A DNA stretch of 57,688 bases, the filler included, from Deltaproteobacteria bacterium (GTDB lineage: Bacteria > CG2-30-53-67), in NCBI GenBank assembly GCA_013151235.1. It is 3 parts of 3 records of this genome, joined end to end, with 100 filler letters (N's around TTAATTAATTAA, not from the genome) between each part and the next. Parts side by side here need not be neighbours in the genome. Positions count along the whole stretch, not along the records: positions 1 to 20,374 come from JAADIO010000029.1; 2 more parts are not named here. One strand, given 5' to 3'. Positions 7,452-18,444 of this stretch are shown piece after piece; the first letter of the stretch is position 1; the number at the start of each line of letters is the position of its first letter. A model generated the notes under the pieces. That model was not told the DNA's origin, searched no databases, and saw nothing but the letters and a program-made list of their open reading frames with translations. The translations under genes were made by a program, and so were the position numbers.

Positions 7452-8321
7452 ATGATAAACGCCCTTTCCGTCGACGTGGAAGAATATTTTCAGGTATCCG
7501 CCTTTGACCAGGTGATCGACCGGCGAAGATGGCCAGCACTGGAAAGCCGCCTTGCCAACCCCCTCCACAGGATCCTGGACCTCTTCGATCGCTATAAAAC
7601 AAATGCTACCTTCTTTGTCCTGGGTTGGATCGCAGAGCGTCACCCGGCGCTGATCGGCGAGATCCATGCACGAGGCCACGAAATCGCCTCCCACGGATAT
7701 GAGCACCGGCTGATCTATGAAAGCTCTCCGAATCACTTCGCGGGAGACCTTGAAAGATCCCGGAAGACTCTGGAGGATATCACCGGACATGGTATTCTCG
7801 GATACCGTGCCCCCAGCTATTCCATTACACGCGAAAACATGTGGGCCTTTGATGCCCTGATCGAACAGGGGTTCGTATATGATTCCAGTATCTTTCCGAT
7901 CCATCACGATCGTTACGGCATATCCGGCAGTCCCCGTTTTCCCTATACGATCAGGCGTAAAAACGGCCGGATCCTGGAGTTTCCCCTCTCGACGGCACGC
8001 ATTATGGGCGGCAATATCCCGGTCGCGGGAGGGGGCTACCTCCGTCTCTTCCCTTTCCCACTTATTCGTTGGGGGCTGCGACACATCAACCGCAAGGAAA
8101 AAGAACCTTTCATCCTCTATTTTCATCCATGGGAGATCGACCCGGAACAACCACGGCAGGCGGTCAATGCTGTAACCCGTTTCCGCCACTATCACAACCT
8201 CAACCGGATGGAAGGAAAGATCGAGCATCTCCTGCAGGAATTCACCTTTACTTCCGTCTCCGGTTTACTAAAAGTGCTCTTCTCCCACGACTATACAGAG
8301 ACAACGGGGACCGCGACATGA
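7452..8321 (+). CDS. Polysaccharide deacetylase, PEP-CTERM/XrtA-locus subfamily (DUF3473)
   Basis: NALSVDVEEYFQV, ATFFVLGW, GHEIASHGY.H, GYRAPSYSI, GGGYLR, YFHPWEIDPEQPR. Confidence 0.92.
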   Translation: MINALSVDVEEYFQVSAFDQVIDRRRWPALESRLANPLHRILDLFDRYKTNATFFVLGWIAERHPALIGEIHARGHEIASHGYEHRLIYESSPNHFAGDLERSRKTLEDITGHGILGYRAPSYSITRENMWAFDALIEQGFVYDSSIFPIHHDRYGISGSPRFPYTIRRKNGRILEFPLSTARIMGGNIPVAGGGYLRLFPFPLIRWGLRHINRKEKEPFILYFHPWEIDPEQPRQAVNAVTRFRHYHNLNRMEGKIEHLLQEFTFTSVSGLLKVLFSHDYTETTGTAT

Positions 8322-10399
8322 TGGTAACAGCGCTGTTGATCCTTTGCATGCTGATCACTTCCGTCACGGCTTTGCTGCTGCTCACGCGTGAACGGAAAAG
8401 TATTGCATTGAAAACGCTGGGGCAAACGGCCGGGTTGCATGCATTCATTATCCTCTGGCTGTTCCTCTCCTGGAACGGGTTCCTCCCCTTTCTCACTCTT
8501 TTGCCGCTGCGGATTGTCCTCTCCCTTTTCTCGCTGACGCTCTATACCTCGGTCCTCTTTTCTTTCCATCATGTCCGTTTTGAACGACCGCTCCTTCCCG
8601 GGATTCAACGAATCGCATTACCTGTATCGGCTTTTCTGGCCGCACTCTTTTTTCTCCTCTCCTTCCATCCGATACTCCTGGCCGAAAAGACACTGCTTAA
8701 CGGCCGGATCGCACTCCGTTTCGGGCCGGCAGGAACCCTCTTCGGCATCGCAACCATCCTCTGTCAGTTGATCATTCTCTTTCAGATGGAGCAAACCTTT
8801 CGCTCCGCCTCAACAAATCAACGGATCCGGCTCAAATTTCTCATCCTGGGAATTGCCTGCGGCAGTCTGTATCTCCTTTTTCTGGCCGGCAGGATTCTCC
8901 TGTATCATTCCATCGCAATTGATTATCTGGTCGCCGGCGCCGTCGTCGCTTCGGCCTGCTGGTTGATGATCCTTTTTGCAATGGTTCGACATCGTTTATT
9001 GCAGGCGGATCTCTTTATCTCCCGACAGGTCGTTTTTACTTCCGTTGCGGCCTTCGGAATCGGTCTTTATCTCTTCGTTGCAGGAATGATTGGATTCTTC
9101 ATCCGTTCCCGGCGGAGTCAATGGGACCTGCTGATCACGATTATCTTCGTCGCCCTGACCATTATTTTTTTCGCCATGCTCCTTTACTCCCCCGTCCTGC
9201 AACGACGGATCAAACATTTCATCCACACCCACTTCTACCGTTACCAGTATGACTACCGAGAGGAATGGAAGGAATTCACCCGGAAGATCATTGCCGCCCG
9301 GGACCTTCCCCAACTCCTCGAAGGGGTCATCGAAATGATCTCCGAAACCCTTTGGATCAACCAGCTCTCCCTCTGGCTCTTTAATGAAAAGACGGGGATT
9401 CTGACATTTACCACCAGCCGCAACCTTCCCAGGAAGGCCCAATTCGTCCGCAGGGAATCCCCGCTGGTGGCCTCCCTGCTCCGTACCGGCACCCCCTTTA
9501 CCACACAATCGTCACGAGGAAGGAAGACCGCAGAAGCAATGAAGGATTTCTTCCAGCGATACCAGATCTCGATGATCGTTCCGCTCAAACTGGGCAAACG
9601 GCTGGTCGGGATGATCACATTAGGCCCCACGATGAAAGGAACCGACTATACGGATGAGGACGGGGAGCTCCTGACCATGATCGCGGATCAGGCCGCCGGC
9701 GCCATTATCAGCGCCCAGTTAATCGAGGAGATCGGCCGGACCAAGGAAGAAGAGTCCTTCAACAAGATCTCCTCCTTCCTGGTTCATGATCTGAAAAACC
9801 TGGTCTCTTCCCTGTCGCTGGCCCTGCAGAATGCCAAGCGGAACATTGCCAATCCCGCTTTCCAGATGGACCTCCTCTCAACATTGGTGAATACCATCGA
9901 GAAAATGCAGACCCTCATCGAGAAACTCTCCACACTTCCGAAGGAACTGGTGATCCACAAGGAACCGGTCAACATCAACCGGTTGATTCGGGAAGCCATA
10001 GAGAGTTCCCGTGTAGACAACCTGCGGAATGTGGAACTGCACACGGAACTGAATGAACTCCCCCTGATCCAGGCGGATGGCGAATATGTGAAAAAGGTCC
10101 TGGTCAATCTGATTCTGAACGCCGTCCAGGCACTGCCGAACGGCAGGGGAAGGATCGAGATCTCCTCTTACGACAGCGACGGCTATGTCCGAGCCGAGGT
10201 CCTGGACGATGGAGAAGGAATGTCGGACGAGTTTATCACCCAGGAACTCTTCAAGCCCTATCGCTCGACAAAGAAGAAGGGATTGGGAATCGGTCTTTTC
10301 CAATGCAAGACCATTATGGAAGCCCACGGCGGAAAGATTGAAGTCCACAGCCTGCCGCAACGGGGCTCTCAATTTATCCTGAGTTTTCCCATTGCATAG
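8318..10399 (+). CDS. prsK: PEP-CTERM system sensor histidine kinase PrsK
   Basis: ATG overlaps the upstream stop (ATGA); multi-TM N-terminus; HFYRYQYDYREEW; GAF region; SFLVHDLKN H-box; NPAFQ.D.L.T; GLGIGLFQC. Confidence 0.88.
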   Translation: MMVTALLILCMLITSVTALLLLTRERKSIALKTLGQTAGLHAFIILWLFLSWNGFLPFLTLLPLRIVLSLFSLTLYTSVLFSFHHVRFERPLLPGIQRIALPVSAFLAALFFLLSFHPILLAEKTLLNGRIALRFGPAGTLFGIATILCQLIILFQMEQTFRSASTNQRIRLKFLILGIACGSLYLLFLAGRILLYHSIAIDYLVAGAVVASACWLMILFAMVRHRLLQADLFISRQVVFTSVAAFGIGLYLFVAGMIGFFIRSRRSQWDLLITIIFVALTIIFFAMLLYSPVLQRRIKHFIHTHFYRYQYDYREEWKEFTRKIIAARDLPQLLEGVIEMISETLWINQLSLWLFNEKTGILTFTTSRNLPRKAQFVRRESPLVASLLRTGTPFTTQSSRGRKTAEAMKDFFQRYQISMIVPLKLGKRLVGMITLGPTMKGTDYTDEDGELLTMIADQAAGAIISAQLIEEIGRTKEEESFNKISSFLVHDLKNLVSSLSLALQNAKRNIANPAFQMDLLSTLVNTIEKMQTLIEKLSTLPKELVIHKEPVNINRLIREAIESSRVDNLRNVELHTELNELPLIQADGEYVKKVLVNLILNAVQALPNGRGRIEISSYDSDGYVRAEVLDDGEGMSDEFITQELFKPYRSTKKKGLGIGLFQCKTIMEAHGGKIEVHSLPQRGSQFILSFPIA

Positions 10400-10408
10400 G
10401 AGCATCCC

Positions 10409-11977
10409 ATGACAGGATCAGGCTATCGATGGATGCAGGTCGGAGATATCAACGCCTTTTTCGGCCTCATGATCGACAACATGTCCGACCTGGTCATCAT
10501 GGCCGGCATCCTGATCGGGGTCTTCGGCTTTCCCCGGGAACTCGTCCTGTACCGCATGATTCCCGGCACGGCCGTCGGCGTCCTGGCGGGTGATCTTTTC
10601 TATAGCTACCTGGCCTTCCGTCTCGCCCGAGAAACGGGACGAAGCGACGTGACCGCCATGCCCCTGGGGCTTGATACCCCTTCCACCTTCGGTCTCGCCT
10701 TCGGAATCATCGGCCCGGCCTACCTAAAGTTCAAAGACCCGATTCTGGTCTGGAAGATCGCTATGTCCGTCATTATTCTCATGGGACTCATCAAAGTCAT
10801 CGGTGCCGGGTTCGGTCCGGCTATCCGCCGCGTGGTCCCCCGTGCGGGACTTTTGGGGTCCATCGCCGCCGTCGCCCTGATGCTGATCGCCTTTCTGCCC
10901 GCGCTGAAGGTCTTCGCCGATCCCGTCGTCGGCTTCGTCTCCCTCGGGATCATCCTGATGACCCTGATCGCAAAGATCCGGTTTCCGCTGCGCATACCGG
11001 GTGCCCTGGCCGCCGTTCTTGCGGGAAGCCTTCTTTACTATCTCCTGCAATGGACGGGGCTTGCCGCCATGGCCCCGGCACCCGTGTCGGAACTCCACTT
11101 GAGTTTCCGTTTCCCCTGGCCGAGCCTTGGATTTCTGGGAGGACTGTCGGCGGCCCTGCGCTATCTTCCCGTGGCCATTCCCTTTGCGATTGCAATTGTG
11201 GTGGGCGGCATCGATGTTACCGAGTCCGCGGCAGCGGCCGGTGATGAATACAGCAGCCGGACCCTCCTCTTTGCCGACGGCATCGGCACCATCCTCTCCG
11301 GTCTCTGCGGCGGCGTCATCCAGAGTACCCCTTACATCGGTCACCCCGCCTACAAGGAGATGGGCGGGCGGGCCGGCTATACCCTGGCCACGGCACTCTT
11401 TATCGGATTAGGCGGCATGTTCGGCTATCTCTCCTTTTTCGTCGACCTTCTTCCCGAGGCCGCCGTCGCCCCGATCCTCATCTTTATCGGCCTGGAAATT
11501 ACCGCTCAGGCATTTGAGGCGACCCCTTCCCGCCATGCCCGGGCGGTGGCAATCGCCTTTCTCCCGGTCATCGCCAACCTCCTCTCCATCGAAATGGCGA
11601 ACCTGCTCTCCAACATCGGAAAAACAGCGGCCGACCTGACGGGTCATGCCGCCGTAACCTATCAAAGTATTCTGGTCCTGGGAAACGGATTTATTCTCTC
11701 TTCGCTTCTGTGGGGTGGAGCCGTTGCCCACATCATCGACAAAAAGCTCAAGACAGCGGCTTTCTACTTCACCCTCGCGGGTCTCTGTTCCCTCTTCGGA
11801 ATCATTCACTCCCCCCTTTCCGACGGAGAGATCTTTCTTCCCTGGCACATCGCTTCGGCCGTACCCTACCGGCTCTGTGCCGGCTACCTTCTGACCGCCC
11901 TGCTCCTCTTGTCCCTTCATCCGGCCGGTTCGAAAGCCGCCCACAACGGAGAAAATGTTTCCCGGAATTTTCATTGA
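10409..11977 (+). CDS. NCS2/AzgA-like nucleobase permease
   Basis: Many TM helices; GDINAFFGL..DN, VTAMPLGLDTPS, YIGHPAYK.MGGRAGYTLA. Confidence 0.8.
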   Translation: MTGSGYRWMQVGDINAFFGLMIDNMSDLVIMAGILIGVFGFPRELVLYRMIPGTAVGVLAGDLFYSYLAFRLARETGRSDVTAMPLGLDTPSTFGLAFGIIGPAYLKFKDPILVWKIAMSVIILMGLIKVIGAGFGPAIRRVVPRAGLLGSIAAVALMLIAFLPALKVFADPVVGFVSLGIILMTLIAKIRFPLRIPGALAAVLAGSLLYYLLQWTGLAAMAPAPVSELHLSFRFPWPSLGFLGGLSAALRYLPVAIPFAIAIVVGGIDVTESAAAAGDEYSSRTLLFADGIGTILSGLCGGVIQSTPYIGHPAYKEMGGRAGYTLATALFIGLGGMFGYLSFFVDLLPEAAVAPILIFIGLEITAQAFEATPSRHARAVAIAFLPVIANLLSIEMANLLSNIGKTAADLTGHAAVTYQSILVLGNGFILSSLLWGGAVAHIIDKKLKTAAFYFTLAGLCSLFGIIHSPLSDGEIFLPWHIASAVPYRLCAGYLLTALLLLSLHPAGSKAAHNGENVSRNFH

Positions 11978-12042
11978 AGAAAACCGCCGAAAATGGTAAT
12001 TTAACAATTCTTTTTTTCAAACCTGTATCGGGTGATTCAACG

Positions 12043-14610
12043 ATGAACGAAGAGATGATCGATCGTGTTTCCAGACCGTCGCGCTATATCGGTCGGGAGA
12101 TCAACACAATCCATAAGAATCCACACGAAGTCGAGGTGAAAATCGCCCTCGCTTTTCCCGACACTTACGAGATCGGCATGTCCCACCTGGGGTTGAAAAT
12201 CCTTTATGACATTCTGAACCGTAGGGAGGATACCCTGGCCGAACGGGTCTATGCCCCCTGGAAGGATATGGAGACAGTCCTTCGGAGCGAAGGCAGGCCG
12301 CTGACCACCCTTGAATCCTCGACATCGCCGGCCGAGTTTGACCTGATCGGTTTCACCCTCCAGTACGAAATGAGCTATACCAATATCCTGAATATGCTCG
12401 ACCTGGCGGGGCTTCCCCTTCGGGCTACCGAACGGGATGAACGCCACCCCCTGATCGTCGGGGGAGGTCCCTGCGCCTTCAATCCCGAACCTTTGTCCGA
12501 TTTTTTCGATCTCTTCGTCATCGGCGACGGAGAGGAAGTCCTCCACGAGATCATCGAGGTTTTCCGAACATACCGGGTCGGCACAAGGTCGAAGCTTCTG
12601 CAGGAACTCGCCCGGCTGGAGGGGATCTATGTCCCGGCCCATTTTTCGATCACCTATCACAACGATGGGCGGATTGCCGAGATTCGGAATGTCACGGGGG
12701 GGAAAGACCGGATTCACAAACGGCTTGTCACCGACCTGAACGCAACACCTTATCCCTGCGCTCCGATCCTTCCCTACATGAAAACCGTCCATGACCGGGT
12801 CGCCCTTGAGATCTCCAGGGGATGCACACAGGGATGCCGTTTCTGCCAGGCCGGGATGATCTACCGTCCCGTCCGGGAACGGAAGATCGGCACCCTTCTT
12901 GATATTCTGGAAAGATCGGTGGAGAGTACGGGACATGAAGAGGCCTCTCTCACTTCTCTTTCGAGCGGTGATTATACCGCCCTTCCCCAGCTGGTCGATT
13001 CGGTCCTGCGTTTCGCCGAGGAACGGCACATCGGGGTTTCCCTTCCCTCTCTCCGCCCGGGGACCCTGACCGCAGGTATTATTGAAGCGATCCGAAAGGT
13101 CCGGAAGACCGGTTTTACCATCGCTCCGGAAGCCGGGACTCAGCGGTTGCGGGACGTAATCAACAAGGGAATCGGAGAAGAAGAGATCTTCGACACCCTC
13201 CGGAAGGTCTTTGAGGCCGGGTGGGAATCGATTAAACTCTATTTCATGATCGGCCTGCCTACGGAGACGGGAGAAGACCTGCAGGGAATCGTCGACCTGG
13301 TCCATCGGGCGTTGAAGGTCGCGCGTATCGCCAACCCGAAACTGAAACGGATCAGCGTCAGCCTCTCCCCTTTCGTTCCGAAGCCGCATACGCCTTTCCA
13401 GTGGTCTGTGCAGGACAGCCCTGATGAGATCAACAAAAAATACGAATTCTTGAAGAAGCATCTGAAAAACCGGAAGATCCAGATCAAGTGGCATGACCCG
13501 GAAATCAGTATGCTCGAAGGGATTATCTCCCGGGGAGACCGGAGAATCGGTCGTGTCCTGCAGGCGGCATGGGAGGAAGGATGCCGCTTCGATGGATGGA
13601 CGGAGGAGTTTGATCCGGCCAAATGGGAGTCCGCCTTCAGGAAAGAAGGGATTGACCCCGCCTTCTACCTCTACCGAAACCGGGCCTGTGAAGAAGTGCT
13701 TCCCTGGGACCTGATCGATACGGGGATCTCCAGGGACTTTCTGAAGGAAGAATTCAACCGGGCCCTCCGGACGGAGCTGACTCCCGATTGCCGGAAAGGA
13801 ACATGCAGTCTTTGCGGTGTCTGCACAAAAGAGATCCGGAACGTCTTTGCCGAACCGCCGGAAGAAAAGAACCCCCGCAGCACCCTGTCGAGCCGGAAGG
13901 GTCGTATTTCCGTTAAACGGTTCCGGGTTCGCTATTCCCGGAAAGGGCGGCTCCGGTTCCTCTCTCACCTGGAGATGATCAGCGTCATTCTCCGCTCCTT
14001 CGCCCGTGCGGCGATTTCCCTCGAATATTCGAAGGGGTTTCATCCCCATCCGAAAATCGCCATGGGGCCGGCTCTCCCGGTCGGCGTGGAGGGCAATACC
14101 GAATATTTTGACGTCAATGTGGAAGGAACCCTCTTCGAAGAACCACTATCCGAACGGTTGAACCGGGTCCTTCCGGAAGGGATCAGGATCACGGGCGTCA
14201 ACTGGATTCCTCATCAGGCACCGGCCATCTCTTCCATCATTCGTTTCGGAGAATACCGGATGGAACTCCCGAAAGATCTCGTCCCCCTTGACCCCCGGAG
14301 GAAAGTTCAGGACTTCCTCGACCGGACGGAGATCCCCTTCACCCGGCGGCGGAAGAGAAAAGAAAAACGTTTTGATCTGAAGCCGATGATCGGCTCCCTG
14401 AAAGTTGTAACGGAGACGGACAACAGCTTTTCCCTTGTTACGCTGATCCGGACGGGCGACCAGGGAGGGCTGCGGCCCGATGAACTCCTTCGGGCACTCT
14501 TTGACCTTTCAGAGGAGAACCTTCAAAGAATCCGAATTCTGCGGACCGGGCTTTTTACGGACCGGGAAAAGTCAAGCCCCTTTGAGGAACGGCTGGTGCA
14601 ACCGGCCTGA
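12043..14610 (+). CDS. TIGR03960-family radical SAM protein fused to a TIGR03936 (DUF2344) domain
   Basis: PSRYIG.E.N, FPDTYEIGMSHLG, CTQGCRFC, FT.APEAG; C-terminal RFLSHLE...YSKGFHPHPK; start placed at MNEEM. Confidence 0.92.
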   Translation: MNEEMIDRVSRPSRYIGREINTIHKNPHEVEVKIALAFPDTYEIGMSHLGLKILYDILNRREDTLAERVYAPWKDMETVLRSEGRPLTTLESSTSPAEFDLIGFTLQYEMSYTNILNMLDLAGLPLRATERDERHPLIVGGGPCAFNPEPLSDFFDLFVIGDGEEVLHEIIEVFRTYRVGTRSKLLQELARLEGIYVPAHFSITYHNDGRIAEIRNVTGGKDRIHKRLVTDLNATPYPCAPILPYMKTVHDRVALEISRGCTQGCRFCQAGMIYRPVRERKIGTLLDILERSVESTGHEEASLTSLSSGDYTALPQLVDSVLRFAEERHIGVSLPSLRPGTLTAGIIEAIRKVRKTGFTIAPEAGTQRLRDVINKGIGEEEIFDTLRKVFEAGWESIKLYFMIGLPTETGEDLQGIVDLVHRALKVARIANPKLKRISVSLSPFVPKPHTPFQWSVQDSPDEINKKYEFLKKHLKNRKIQIKWHDPEISMLEGIISRGDRRIGRVLQAAWEEGCRFDGWTEEFDPAKWESAFRKEGIDPAFYLYRNRACEEVLPWDLIDTGISRDFLKEEFNRALRTELTPDCRKGTCSLCGVCTKEIRNVFAEPPEEKNPRSTLSSRKGRISVKRFRVRYSRKGRLRFLSHLEMISVILRSFARAAISLEYSKGFHPHPKIAMGPALPVGVEGNTEYFDVNVEGTLFEEPLSERLNRVLPEGIRITGVNWIPHQAPAISSIIRFGEYRMELPKDLVPLDPRRKVQDFLDRTEIPFTRRRKRKEKRFDLKPMIGSLKVVTETDNSFSLVTLIRTGDQGGLRPDELLRALFDLSEENLQRIRILRTGLFTDREKSSPFEERLVQPA

Positions 14611-14669
14611 ATTCGATTTTGGGGCAACGGAAGCCGGCCGGGAAGCCGGCATTTCTGAGGGAGCGTCTC

Positions 14670-16184
14670 GTGACCACCGAATTGATCGTCAACTCCACCA
14701 TGCACGAAACCCGGGTCGCCATGATCGAGAACAATAATGTCATGGAGATCTATATCGACCGAAAGAAAGAACGGGGAGTCGTCGGCAACGCCTACAAGGG
14801 CCGGGTGATCAAGGTCCTTCCCGGGATGCAGGCGGCCTTCGTCGATATCGGTCTGGAAAAATCCGCTTTCCTCTACGTCTCGGATATCTACAATCACCTT
14901 GAACTCTTTCCGCAGATGATGACCGATTCGGAATACGAAGAGGACGACATCGAGGGCGAAGTCTCCCGGATTGAGTATAAAGCCCCGATTGAAGACCTGC
15001 TTCGGGAGGGACAGGAGATCATCGTTCAGATCTCCAAGGAGCCGATCGGTTCCAAAGGAGCCCGGGTCACCTCCTACATCTCCCTGCCCGGCCGGTATCT
15101 TGTCTATATGCCCTCGGTGGACCACGTCGGAATTTCCCGGAAGATCGAAAACGAAGAAGAACGAAAACGACTCAAGGATACCATTCTGAAAATGAAAGAA
15201 CCCGAAGAGGGGTACATCGTCCGGACCGTCAGTGAAGGAAAAACCGAAGAGGAGTTCCGGGCGGACAAACAGTTCCTCAATCGGCTCTGGGTCAACATCC
15301 AGAAAAAGGCGGAACTCGCCTCCGCCCCCTGCCTTCTGCACAGCGATCTTGATCTGACCTTCCGGGTCATCCGTGATCTCTTCACCACGGAGATCGACCG
15401 CATGGTCATCGATTCTCCGACGGAATACCGCCGGGTCAAGGAATTCGTCACCAACTTCCTTCCGAACCTGAAGGAAAAAATCGAACTCTACAACGAACCG
15501 GAACCAATCTTCGATGCCTATGGAGTGGAAGTGGAGATTTCCCGTTCGCTGAAACGCCGGGTCTGGCTGAAATCCGGCGGCTATATCGTCATTGACCAGA
15601 CTGAGGCGCTGGTCACCATCGATGTCAACACCGGACGCTATGTGGGGAAACGAAACCTGGAGGATACGATCTTTAAAACCAACCTCGAAGCCGCCCGGGA
15701 AATTGCCTACCAACTGCGGCTCAGGAATATCGGCGGAATCATTATCATCGACTTCATCGATATGGAGGAAAAGAAAAATCAGCAGATCCTGTTTAACACC
15801 CTCGAAAAAGCCCTCCAAAATGACCGGGCCAAGACCACCATCTACGAGATCTCGGAACTCGGCCTGGTCCAGATGACCCGGAAACGAGTCCGGGAAAATC
15901 TCGGCAGGATTCTTATGGAACCCTGCAGTTACTGTGAAGGAGAGGGTTTCATCAAGTCGAAGACCACCGTCTGTTACGACATCTTCCGGGAAGTCCGCCG
16001 GATCGCCCCGCTGACCAAAGAGAAAAAGATCCTGATCATCGCCCAGGTCGATGTCGCCGACATGCTTTACGACGAGGAACGCCGCGGTGTGGAAGAACTG
16101 GAAAACCGGTACAAGAAACGGATCATCATCAAGAGTGAAGCGGAATTTCATCAGGAACAGTTTGAAGTGATGCTGACCAACTGA
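14670..16184 (+). CDS. rng: Ribonuclease G (Rne/Rng family)
   Basis: GTG start with GAGGGAG RBS; VLPGMQAAFVDIG, IDVNTG, RLRNIGGIIIIDFIDM, C..C.G.G. Confidence 0.95.
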   Translation: MTTELIVNSTMHETRVAMIENNNVMEIYIDRKKERGVVGNAYKGRVIKVLPGMQAAFVDIGLEKSAFLYVSDIYNHLELFPQMMTDSEYEEDDIEGEVSRIEYKAPIEDLLREGQEIIVQISKEPIGSKGARVTSYISLPGRYLVYMPSVDHVGISRKIENEEERKRLKDTILKMKEPEEGYIVRTVSEGKTEEEFRADKQFLNRLWVNIQKKAELASAPCLLHSDLDLTFRVIRDLFTTEIDRMVIDSPTEYRRVKEFVTNFLPNLKEKIELYNEPEPIFDAYGVEVEISRSLKRRVWLKSGGYIVIDQTEALVTIDVNTGRYVGKRNLEDTIFKTNLEAAREIAYQLRLRNIGGIIIIDFIDMEEKKNQQILFNTLEKALQNDRAKTTIYEISELGLVQMTRKRVRENLGRILMEPCSYCEGEGFIKSKTTVCYDIFREVRRIAPLTKEKKILIIAQVDVADMLYDEERRGVEELENRYKKRIIIKSEAEFHQEQFEVMLTN

Positions 16185-16223
16185 TTTCCCGAAAGGCACA
16201 TCCGGACAGGGAAAGCCGCTGGT

Positions 16224-16252
16224 TTGACACCCGTGGAACTTTTCAATACAAT
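16224..16252 (+). promoter_or_regulatory. sigma70 promoter of the two-component operon
   Basis: TTGACA-N17-TACAAT. Confidence 0.65.
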
Positions 16253-16293
16253 CGGATCCCGGAAACAGATCAACTTTCAAAAGACGCTCAACA

Positions 16294-18420
16294 ATGATCA
16301 AAGGTTTCTCCATAAGGAAGAAACTGATCGTGGCCTTCATCCTGATCGGGGTCTTTCCCATGCTGATCGCGACCTATGTCGGCATTAAGATCGCATCGGT
16401 CAGGCTGGAAAAAGGGATTGAGGAACGGATCAATTACGCGGGGAAATCCGCGGTCTACCTCCTGGCCCAGAAAAAAACCGAACTCGCGGGAGTGGCCAAG
16501 TCTTTCGCCGATGATCCCCGGTTGCGCCAGGCCATCCAGGGGGGGGTGAACATCAAGTTCCTCTGGTTCGACACTCCCCTGAAAGTCCTGCTCTACAATG
16601 CCCGGGGAAAGATGATCTTCTCCAGCGCCGACATCCATCTTCCCCGCCCTCTTCATCCCGAAAAGGGGATGACCCTGATCAGGAACAAAACCGGCAAGGC
16701 GGGCTGGCCCCTGCTGGTCTATCTTCTTCCGGTATCGGACAAGGGGAAACCGATCGGCACCATCATGACCGGCTATACCCTTAACCAGGAGTTTCTCAAC
16801 AATCTGAAAAGCATGACCGGTGTTGAATCGATTCTGCTGAAAAAAGATGCCGCCGGTTCCTACCGTTCGCTTGGCTCGAAAGACCGGCTCGATCTCGATG
16901 AGACGACTCTCCAGCGTGTGGTGAAGGAAAAACGGCAGGCCTTCATTCGGAACGCTGCGCTGCACAGGGGGGGAAACCGCCACGACTACTATGCCCTCCT
17001 GACCCCACTGCCCGATGCAGACGGAAAGGTCTCCCTCCTCCTGTTCAACGGAATTCCCGCGTCGGAAACACTGGGCGGGAAACTTTCCTCCGCCCGATTT
17101 TACTACATCCTTATCCTCCTCGGTCTGGCCTTGTCGGTCATCACCGGCTCCGCAGTGGCAACCGGGATCTCCTGGCCGATTCTTCGTTTCTCCCAGGGGG
17201 TCCGGGCGATCAGCGCAGGCGATTATAACCAGAAGATTCACATCCACAGCAAAGATGAAATCGGCATTCTGGCGGATTCCTTCAACCGGATGACCGACCG
17301 CCTCAGGGAAACGATCGCCCAGTTGGTCGAAAACCGGAACTATACTGAGAACATCCTGAAAAGCCTTTTAAACGGTGTTATCACGATCGACCCGCTCAAC
17401 CGGATTGTTCGGGTGAACCGGGCCGCCGAACAGATTCTCAACCTGCCGCAGGAATCCATCGTGGGTCGGACCTTTTCGGAGGTCTTTCATCAAGACCCCA
17501 AACTTCAAAAGCTGATCCGGGACAGCCTCGACCATCGCCGGATGAAGGAAGGGATCGAAACGGAGCTGCACCGGGAGGACGGGAAAACAATTCCCATTGA
17601 ATTGAGTCTCTCCCTCCTCGAAGAAAGCAGCGACTCCTCCTCCGGAAAAGGGGGCGGCCTCGTTCTTCTGGTCCGGGACCTGACGGAGATTCAGGTACTC
17701 AAGGAACATATCCGGCGGCAAGACCGGCTGGCAGCCCTCGGAGAACTCTCCGCCGGCATTGCCCATGAAATTCGGAATCCTCTCGGGATCATCAAAGGAG
17801 CGGCGGGTCTGCTCCGGAAGGAATCCTTTTCCCAAAGTGCAAAAACGGAGGAACTGACTTCAGTCATTCTCGAAGAGGTGGACCGCCTGAACGAAGTCAT
17901 CAGCGACTTTCTGGAATTCGCCCGCCCGAAACCTCCCCTCTTCAAACCACAGAATATCAACGAACTGATCCGGAATACCCTCCAGATGGTTGCTCTGCAG
18001 ATCGACGAGCAGAAGACCCGCATCAAAGAACGGCTGGAACCGGGACTGCCTCCGATTCTGGCCGACGAACACCAGATGCACCAGATCTTCCTGAACCTCC
18101 TGCTGAATGCCCTGCAGGCAACCGACCGGGGAGACACCATAACCATTGAAAGTCGTTTTCTTCCTGAGGAAGGACAGATTCAGGTCCGTTTCTCCGATAC
18201 GGGGATCGGGATCCCCGAACATGATCGGAAGAAGGTCTTTAATCCGTTTTTCACAACCCGGGAAGGCGGAACCGGCCTGGGCCTTTCCGTCGTCAGCCAG
18301 ATTGTGGAAAATCATCATGGCAAGATCTTTTTAACCGGCGAAGAGGGAAAGGGAAGCTGTTTCACCCTCCGTTTCCCCGTCCAGAATATTCCGGCGGTGG
18401 AAAACCATCCCGCAAGTTAG
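16294..18420 (+). CDS. Sensor histidine kinase (periplasmic sensor, HAMP, PAS, HisKA, HATPase)
   Basis: Two TMs; DEIG.LA.SFNRM HAMP; PAS; IAHEIRNPL; NLLLNA, DTGIGI, GTGLGL. Confidence 0.93.
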   Translation: MIKGFSIRKKLIVAFILIGVFPMLIATYVGIKIASVRLEKGIEERINYAGKSAVYLLAQKKTELAGVAKSFADDPRLRQAIQGGVNIKFLWFDTPLKVLLYNARGKMIFSSADIHLPRPLHPEKGMTLIRNKTGKAGWPLLVYLLPVSDKGKPIGTIMTGYTLNQEFLNNLKSMTGVESILLKKDAAGSYRSLGSKDRLDLDETTLQRVVKEKRQAFIRNAALHRGGNRHDYYALLTPLPDADGKVSLLLFNGIPASETLGGKLSSARFYYILILLGLALSVITGSAVATGISWPILRFSQGVRAISAGDYNQKIHIHSKDEIGILADSFNRMTDRLRETIAQLVENRNYTENILKSLLNGVITIDPLNRIVRVNRAAEQILNLPQESIVGRTFSEVFHQDPKLQKLIRDSLDHRRMKEGIETELHREDGKTIPIELSLSLLEESSDSSSGKGGGLVLLVRDLTEIQVLKEHIRRQDRLAALGELSAGIAHEIRNPLGIIKGAAGLLRKESFSQSAKTEELTSVILEEVDRLNEVISDFLEFARPKPPLFKPQNINELIRNTLQMVALQIDEQKTRIKERLEPGLPPILADEHQMHQIFLNLLLNALQATDRGDTITIESRFLPEEGQIQVRFSDTGIGIPEHDRKKVFNPFFTTREGGTGLGLSVVSQIVENHHGKIFLTGEEGKGSCFTLRFPVQNIPAVENHPAS

Positions 18421-18444
18421 TTTTTCCGGAAAGGTATCGAAAAG

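Noticed and set aside
12037-16361. Long antisense ORFs (670 aa and 612 aa)
   Set aside because: Shadow frames of the radical SAM and rng genes in GC-rich DNA; no motifs
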